Shown piece by piece: positions 59,827-64,000 of a DNA stretch of 64,000 nt. The notes under the pieces are model-generated. The model saw only the letters and a list, made by a program, of their open reading frames with translations. It was not told the origin of the DNA and made no database searches. The stretch comes from a virus. Each line of letters begins with the position of its first letter. Positions within the stretch are counted from its first letter, which is position 1. The stretch lies in the IMG/VR virus record IMGVR_UViG_3300045988_142996, positions 3,868 through 67,867 of that record. The stretch is one strand, 5' to 3'. A program made the translations under genes and the position numbers.

Positions 59827-60189
59827 CTACACCTCTTTCCGATCAAACACCGTCTCCCACCTCTCTTTCTTCATCGGTTTCATCCTGATGGCCCACATCA
59901 GCTGCCGGACAGTCACCGTCGGATAAAATCCATTTTGATTTTTCTTTTTGGCGTGTTCGATAAAATACTCCCGGAATCCTTCGTGCATATAGATTTTGTC
60001 CGTCAGCCATGGGTCGATGGGGCCCCAGAAAGTCGCTCGGCTCTTCTCATTGAATCTTTGCTGGATGACACACAGGCCTTTCCCATGCTCTGCATACAGC
60101 GTACAAGTCTGGTACACCGGGTGATTGCATCGGTAGGTCACGCCGTAGTAATGCGTCCACTCTTCGGACGGCTCGGTATAATATCTCAT
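59827..60189 (-). CDS. Hypothetical protein (no SD; the ATG abuts the terminator T-run)
   Basis: 120-aa ORF (MRYYTEPSEEWTHYYGVTYRCNHPVYQTC...). The upstream sequence is ...GGCCTCTTTTTTTTATG. Confidence 0.55.
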   Translation of the reverse strand: MRYYTEPSEEWTHYYGVTYRCNHPVYQTCTLYAEHGKGLCVIQQRFNEKSRATFWGPIDPWLTDKIYMHEGFREYFIEHAKKKNQNGFYPTVTVRQLMWAIRMKPMKKERWETVFDRKEV

Positions 60190-60223
60190 AAAAAAAAGAG
60201 GCCGCAGCTTTCGCCACGACCTC
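60190..60223 (-). terminator. Terminator-like hairpin plus U-tract immediately 5' of a start codon
   Basis: Minus strand reads GAGGTCGTGGCGAAAGCTGCGGCCTC followed by TTTTTTTT, then the ATG of 59827..60189. Confidence 0.55.
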
Positions 60224-60235
60224 CACGGTTCCTCC

Positions 60236-60643
60236 TTACTTTGTCTTCGTCCAGGTTCCTCTCAGGATCTCACGGCCTTCTTTCCGTCTCTGACTCAGCG
60301 GCATAATACCACCAGCGTCATTCACGCCCTCGAACACATCGTTCCAGATATACAGCGCCATAGTTCCCACAACGCCTGCGATCGATGCGCCGACCTTCCA
60401 CCATTCAATCTTGCGAGCCTTCTCCGCATTCTCCACGTCCAATTCCACCTGCCGCTTCTTCAGCTGCAGCTCGTCCTCTTTCGCTTCCTTTGCTTCCCGG
60501 CTCTCACGATCCTTCAGACTGGTCTCCTGCATCTTCGCAATGCTGTTCACCGTTGCCGTATACTCCTCTGTGCCCGGCTTCATCGTTTTCAACGCATCAT
60601 ATGCCATCTCCAGAGCTTCATTTGCCATTTTTTCATTGTCCAT
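60236..60643 (-). CDS. Coiled-coil protein with a C-terminal TM segment
   Basis: Glu/Lys-rich helix followed by WWKVGASIAGVVGTMALYIW (TM). Confidence 0.6.
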   Translation of the reverse strand: MDNEKMANEALEMAYDALKTMKPGTEEYTATVNSIAKMQETSLKDRESREAKEAKEDELQLKKRQVELDVENAEKARKIEWWKVGASIAGVVGTMALYIWNDVFEGVNDAGGIMPLSQRRKEGREILRGTWTKTK

Positions 60644-60679
60644 TTTGATTTCTCCTTTGCAAAATAAATTCGGAGTTTC

Positions 60680-60708
60680 CTCCGTAAAGCAGCGAGTTAT
60701 TTTCGCGA
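60680..60708 (-). promoter_or_regulatory. Copy 10 (variant) of the conserved 29-nt motif
   Basis: Minus strand reads TCGCGAAAATAACTCGCTGCTTTACGGAG. It overlaps the last codons (SRK*) of 60697..60936. Confidence 0.5.
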
Positions 60709-60936
60709 TTTGACCTTCTGGACGCGGAGGATCACATAATCGTTCGTTTCCAAATTGTCCGGGGACTCGTCCAGATTCAGGAACAGGTGTGCACCATCGT
60801 CCTCTTCACCGGTATAGCCAACGATGATCGTCCCGACGGATTCTCGGCTCAGATCACGTCGGATGCCCAGTACAACACCAAGGCAGAACCCCAGCACCAC
60901 GGCAATTCCCGTAAGGATCCAGATCAGATAGCTCAT
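60697..60936 (-). CDS. N-terminally anchored small membrane protein
   Basis: MSYLIWILTGIAVVLGFCLGVVLGI is a TM segment followed by a short soluble domain. AAAGGAG RBS. Confidence 0.6.
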   Translation of the reverse strand: MSYLIWILTGIAVVLGFCLGVVLGIRRDLSRESVGTIIVGYTGEEDDGAHLFLNLDESPDNLETNDYVILRVQKVKSRK

Positions 60937-60989
60937 AAGACACAACTCCTTTTAAAAATATAAGTGAATGAATGGCTGACTGCGTGATG

Positions 60990-61020
60990 AAAAAATAAGA
61001 GCCGATGTTTCCATCAGCTC
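60990..61020 (-). terminator. Rho-independent terminator
   Basis: Minus strand reads GAGCTGATGGAAACATCGGCTC followed by TTATTTTTT. Confidence 0.65.
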
Positions 61021-61032
61021 CATTTTGAAATG

Positions 61033-61140
61033 TTATTTCTTTTTGTTTCTTTTGTGTTCTCCTTTCCGTTTCTCGATCAGGAGCTTTAAAACCTCCCATA
61101 AAATCAATAATACAAAAAGCTGCACTACAAAATTGTACAT
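61033..61140 (-). CDS. 35-aa TM peptide with a Lys-rich tail (below the ORF-track cutoff; listed ORF 60854..61216 is probably spurious)
   Basis: MYNFVVQLFVLLILWEVLKLLIEKRKGEHKRNKKK. AAGGTGG lies 9 nt before the ATG at 61140. It sits between a motif copy and a terminator. Confidence 0.45.
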   Translation of the reverse strand: MYNFVVQLFVLLILWEVLKLLIEKRKGEHKRNKKK

Positions 61141-61153
61141 CAGTCATACCACC

Positions 61154-61182
61154 TTTCATAAAGGTAGCTGAATTTTTCGCGT
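61154..61182 (-). promoter_or_regulatory. Copy 11 of the conserved 29-nt motif
   Basis: Minus strand reads ACGCGAAAAATTCAGCTACCTTTATGAAA, directly after terminator 61189..61221. Confidence 0.6.
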
Positions 61183-61188
61183 CAGCGC

Positions 61189-61221
61189 AAAAAGAAAGAG
61201 CCGCAGATTTCTCCACGGCTC
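61189..61221 (-). terminator. Rho-independent terminator, GAGCCG..CGGCTC hairpin family
   Basis: Minus strand reads GAGCCGTGGAGAAATCTGCGGCTC followed by TTTCTTTTT. The hairpin is identical to the one at 53736. Confidence 0.7.
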
Positions 61222-61228
61222 TTAGCCT

Positions 61229-61537
61229 TTAGTAAACGATATACTTCGTATACTGTTTCTTTTCCACTTGCTTGATTACACCTGCTTTCTTCAGCAGTTC
61301 AAAATCACGGATAATCCCGCCCATGTCAAACGCTTCAAATTCAACATTGAAGTCGCTGCGCTTCAGCTTTCCGTCCTCGTAGTCTCTGATTCGATAGATT
61401 CCCTGGCCAATCAGCCTCGGGTCCATCTTGCAGTTCCGACGAACGACTTCCATCATCAGCTCGCGCCCTTCAATGCCGTCATCTCTGACGCCCTTGACGA
61501 TAACGGTCATGTGATTCACTTTGTTGCTCTTAAACAT
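61229..61537 (-). CDS. Hypothetical protein
   Basis: 102-aa ORF with an AAAGGAG RBS, about 40 nt after motif copy 12. Confidence 0.6.
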   Translation of the reverse strand: MFKSNKVNHMTVIVKGVRDDGIEGRELMMEVVRRNCKMDPRLIGQGIYRIRDYEDGKLKRSDFNVEFEAFDMGGIIRDFELLKKAGVIKQVEKKQYTKYIVY

Positions 61538-61574
61538 ATTGTGTTCTCCTTTGCATTAAAACAGTGAATATTCG

Positions 61575-61603
61575 TTCCATAAAGGTATCTGAATTTTTCG
61601 CGT
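61575..61603 (-). promoter_or_regulatory. Copy 12 of the conserved 29-nt motif
   Basis: Minus strand reads ACGCGAAAAATTCAGATACCTTTATGGAA. The preceding TGA is the stop of 61603..62016. Confidence 0.6.
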
Positions 61604-62016
61604 CACTGTCGCTCTTTGCTCAGGAGCCAGAAGAAATATCGGTAGTGTTCGTAGTAAACTTCTCTGCAGCACGGGCAGCCTTTGTTCCTTAAAATATCAT
61701 ACCCGATTCCCTGTGTTACGCCTTCCAGTATGTAAGGAGCCAGCACGGTGTCCAGATCGGCAATGCATTTGTCCACAATATCAATGTGGCTGGAGTAGTA
61801 AACTCGTGCCAACGCCTGCCGTTCCGTCGGGCTTTCGGGTGGTACGCCTTTGATGACGCCCGAAATGTTATGCGGTGACGTCTGCCAACCGTCGATCAGG
61901 TTCAGAGCTTTATTCCACTCCGGGTACTGCATACAGAAGTGCTTCAGTTCATAGTAGCGTTGTTTCGGAATATGATAGGGGTTCTTTTTTGAAAGCTCAG
62001 GACGTTCTCTTTTCAT
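61603..62016 (-). CDS. Putative RinA/ArpU-like (sigma-70 region-4-like) transcriptional regulator
   Basis: MKRERPELSKKNPYHIPKQRYYELKHFCMQYPEW...PTERQALARV...ILEGVTQGIGYDIL... resembles phage late-activator / sigma-like proteins. ATGA overlap with the upstream gene. Tentative. Confidence 0.4.
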   Translation of the reverse strand: MKRERPELSKKNPYHIPKQRYYELKHFCMQYPEWNKALNLIDGWQTSPHNISGVIKGVPPESPTERQALARVYYSSHIDIVDKCIADLDTVLAPYILEGVTQGIGYDILRNKGCPCCREVYYEHYRYFFWLLSKERQ

Positions 62017-62261
62017 TCTTCGCCCCTCCATTCGTAGCCTGTCTGCTCGAAAAGAAGCTTCGGCGAAATATAATAATTGATTCTCCCGTATTTTGAGCTC
62101 ATTTCCTTGAGATCGGTCACGCGCCTGCCGTTTCTCGTGGCCTCCCCAATCGGCAGCCATCCGGCAATGATACCAGCTCTCACCCATGCCGGATCACGTC
62201 CGTAGACCTTTGCTGCCACCCTCACTGGAACAGCACCCAATTTTAACCTAGCTTTGTCCAT
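62013..62261 (-). CDS. HTH DNA-binding protein (excisionase/Xis-like or early regulator), first gene of the minus-strand array
   Basis: 82 aa. ...VPVRVAAKVYGRDPAWVRAGIIAGWLPIGEA... is an HTH_17/Xis-like pattern. Divergent from the integrase. Confidence 0.45.
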   Translation of the reverse strand: MDKARLKLGAVPVRVAAKVYGRDPAWVRAGIIAGWLPIGEATRNGRRVTDLKEMSSKYGRINYYISPKLLFEQTGYEWRGEE

Positions 62262-64000
62262 ACTATCGTACTCCTTTTATGTTACTCTAAGCATATCCAG
62301 ATACGTCTTAGGCATGAAAAGATAATAATGGTAAAACCGGTCGACTGCGTGCTGTATTTTATTTAGTTTGCGGCGCAGCATTGACAAGTCTGTGAGAATG
62401 GTTTAACCTAGAATAGCTTTTCAAACAGAAAAAGCCCGGGTTGACCGAGCTTTTGAGTGAAAATGGCAAATTTATACAATGATTGAAGGAGGTTTACATG
62501 CTAAAACTCTGTCCAGAGTGTTGTCTACAAGTGAGCGATAAGGCAGCAACTTGTCCTCATTGTGGTTACCCGCTCGACCAAACACCCGTTCCAGTCCTGC
62601 AGCGCCCCGTTCCACAAAAGCGGCGAATGCATCTTCCGAACGGTTTCGGCAGCATCACTGAAGTCCGAACGAAAAATCTTCGTAACCCGTTTTATGTCAC
62701 TGTTCCTGCCGGAAAAACTCCAGAAGGCCGTCCCATTCGTAAGCCGCTCAAGCCCAAATCATCTTTTAAGACATATAACGAGGCTTATCAAGCACTGGTG
62801 GAATATCACCGAAATCCTTATGACCCAGAAACGATCATCAGCTTTCAGGAGCTATATGATCTCTGGTATCAAGAGCGGGAAAAAGCTAATCCCGATAAGA
62901 CAACGCTTTGCCGCTATCGGAGCCTTTGGCGGTATTCCGCGCCAATCAAAGATATTCCAGTACGCAATCTTCGTGTCCACCATTTAAAAGAATGCGTACT
63001 TCATGGAACCGCGGTGAATAATGGAGCAACCGTCGAAATTTCGCCAATCACTGGTTCAAAGCTAAAATTCATGTACAACCAGCTGTTTGATTATGCTGTT
63101 GAAAATGAATACGTAGATAAGAACATCGCCCGCATGTTTAATGTCAACTGCGAATTTGAAACGCAGCATGAGCACTTCCCTTATACTGATGAAGAGATCA
63201 ATATTCTCTGGAAAAATGTAGGAATCTGCGACGTTGCTGACCTGATCCTCATTCAGTGCTATTCTGGCTGGCGGCCGCAGGAGTTAGTCAAGTTAAAAAT
63301 AGCAGACGTTCATCTTGACAAGCGTTGGATTCAGGGTGGTATGAAAACAAAAAATGGCAAAAATCGCCAGGTGCCTATTCATATGAAAATTATGCCGCTC
63401 ATTCAGCATCGCTATAAGGAAGCGCAGAGTATCGGTAGCGAATATCTTTTTAATCATCATTACAAGCGCTGGCCCGACAGGTGGACTAAATACTCCTATG
63501 ATTACCTTTCCGATTCGTTTATCGAAACGCTCCCCTTGTTGGGCATCAGCCCAGAGCATCGTGGACATGATGGCCGCGTGCATTTTGTCACGTTGGCCAA
63601 GAAAGCGGAGATGGACGAATATGCTCTCAAGCGAATCGTTGGTCATAAAATCGATGACCTTACCGAGCGTGTTTACACTAGGCGTACCGTTGAATGGCTC
63701 ATCAGCGAGCTTGATAAGATTCCCTGATGTTCTAGCACCAATCCAGCACCGGGTCAAAATATTACAATTCGAGCTACGTTTTCTTCCATATATTTCCATT
63801 TATAGTTATGCACTTTTCATTCACGATTTTTCTTTTTTAAAATGCAGAAAGTTCCAGTCGGTTCGTGCATTTTTGCGTCAAAACGTAAAAAAGAGCCGTC
63901 CTCCCGATTCCTCGAGAGAACAGCTCCATGGTATTGGCTTTATAAAAATCAGATAGAAATGGTGTTGCAGACGTCGATCAGGACGGGGTCGAGGGTCTTG
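62123..64000. repeat. Right copy of the 1,878-bp terminal direct repeat
   Basis: Identical to 1..1878. Confidence 0.97.
62498..63727 (+). CDS. int: Integrase (the same gene as 376..1605, seen again because of the wrap-around)
   Basis: Identical sequence at offset 62122. Confidence 0.9.
   Translation: MLKLCPECCLQVSDKAATCPHCGYPLDQTPVPVLQRPVPQKRRMHLPNGFGSITEVRTKNLRNPFYVTVPAGKTPEGRPIRKPLKPKSSFKTYNEAYQALVEYHRNPYDPETIISFQELYDLWYQEREKANPDKTTLCRYRSLWRYSAPIKDIPVRNLRVHHLKECVLHGTAVNNGATVEISPITGSKLKFMYNQLFDYAVENEYVDKNIARMFNVNCEFETQHEHFPYTDEEINILWKNVGICDVADLILIQCYSGWRPQELVKLKIADVHLDKRWIQGGMKTKNGKNRQVPIHMKIMPLIQHRYKEAQSIGSEYLFNHHYKRWPDRWTKYSYDYLSDSFIETLPLLGISPEHRGHDGRVHFVTLAKKAEMDEYALKRIVGHKIDDLTERVYTRRTVEWLISELDKIP

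Noticed and set aside
35517-61603. Reading the 29-nt motif as an ordinary sigma-A promoter (TGACGC-18-TATGGA).
   Set aside because: This reading is not fully excluded. However, the -35-like hexamer is variable (TGACGC, AGACGC, AAACGC, TTACGC, AATCGC), while the supposed spacer (CGAAAAAT) is the most conserved part. A -10 at TATGGA would also place the transcription start inside or after the SD of several genes.
62483-63727. A second integrase gene, which could suggest a duplicated recombinase or two prophage ends.
   Set aside because: It is the same sequence as 361..1605, within an exact 1,878-bp wrap-around of the contig. It is not a paralogue.

Overview
The window holds one complete genome of about 62.1 kb from a temperate, siphovirus-like phage or prophage. 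The host looks like a Gram-positive, Clostridia-type bacterium (GGAGG ribosome-binding sites, a Spo0A-C-like gene, lipobox and signal-peptide genes). Bases 1..1878 are identical to 62123..64000, so the contig wraps around a circular or terminally redundant genome and the two integrase copies are one gene.

Nearly all genes run on the minus strand. Reading in the direction of transcription (62.3 kb down to 2.2 kb):
- an HTH/Xis-like gene and a RinA/ArpU-like regulator;
- an 11-kb block of small, mostly membrane proteins, including three paralogues;
- a 1331-aa helicase / AEP primase / family-B DNA polymerase fusion, an SSB, a tRNA(CAT), an SF2 helicase, a MazZ-like dNTP pyrophosphatase and ThyX;
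- a repeat-rich noncoding region;
- two PD-(D/E)XK nucleases;
- a 920-aa protein carrying the DFDGD signature of two-barrel RNA polymerases (YonO-like);
- a putative TerS and an HNH endonuclease;
- a fibre module, then TerL;
- a small toxin/immunity-like cassette;
- portal, a protease-capsid fusion, neck and tail genes, and a 2219-aa tape measure (2225-aa ORF);
- Tal-like and Dit-like proteins, then endolysin and holin.

Only three units are on the plus strand: the integrase, an IS110-family element, and a two-gene moron lying between TerL and the toxin/immunity-like cassette that precedes the portal gene.

The most interesting signals are:
- the YonO-like polymerase together with a fixed-spacing 29-nt motif (ACGCGAAAAAT-N10-TTATGGAA), found 12 times upstream of early genes and often just after near-identical terminator hairpins;
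- an N-terminal HYGxKGxKWG-type motif shared by the polymerase and two small proteins, one of which looks like a toxin;
- the plus-strand two-gene cassette.

All family assignments come from reading motifs by eye. No database search was run.
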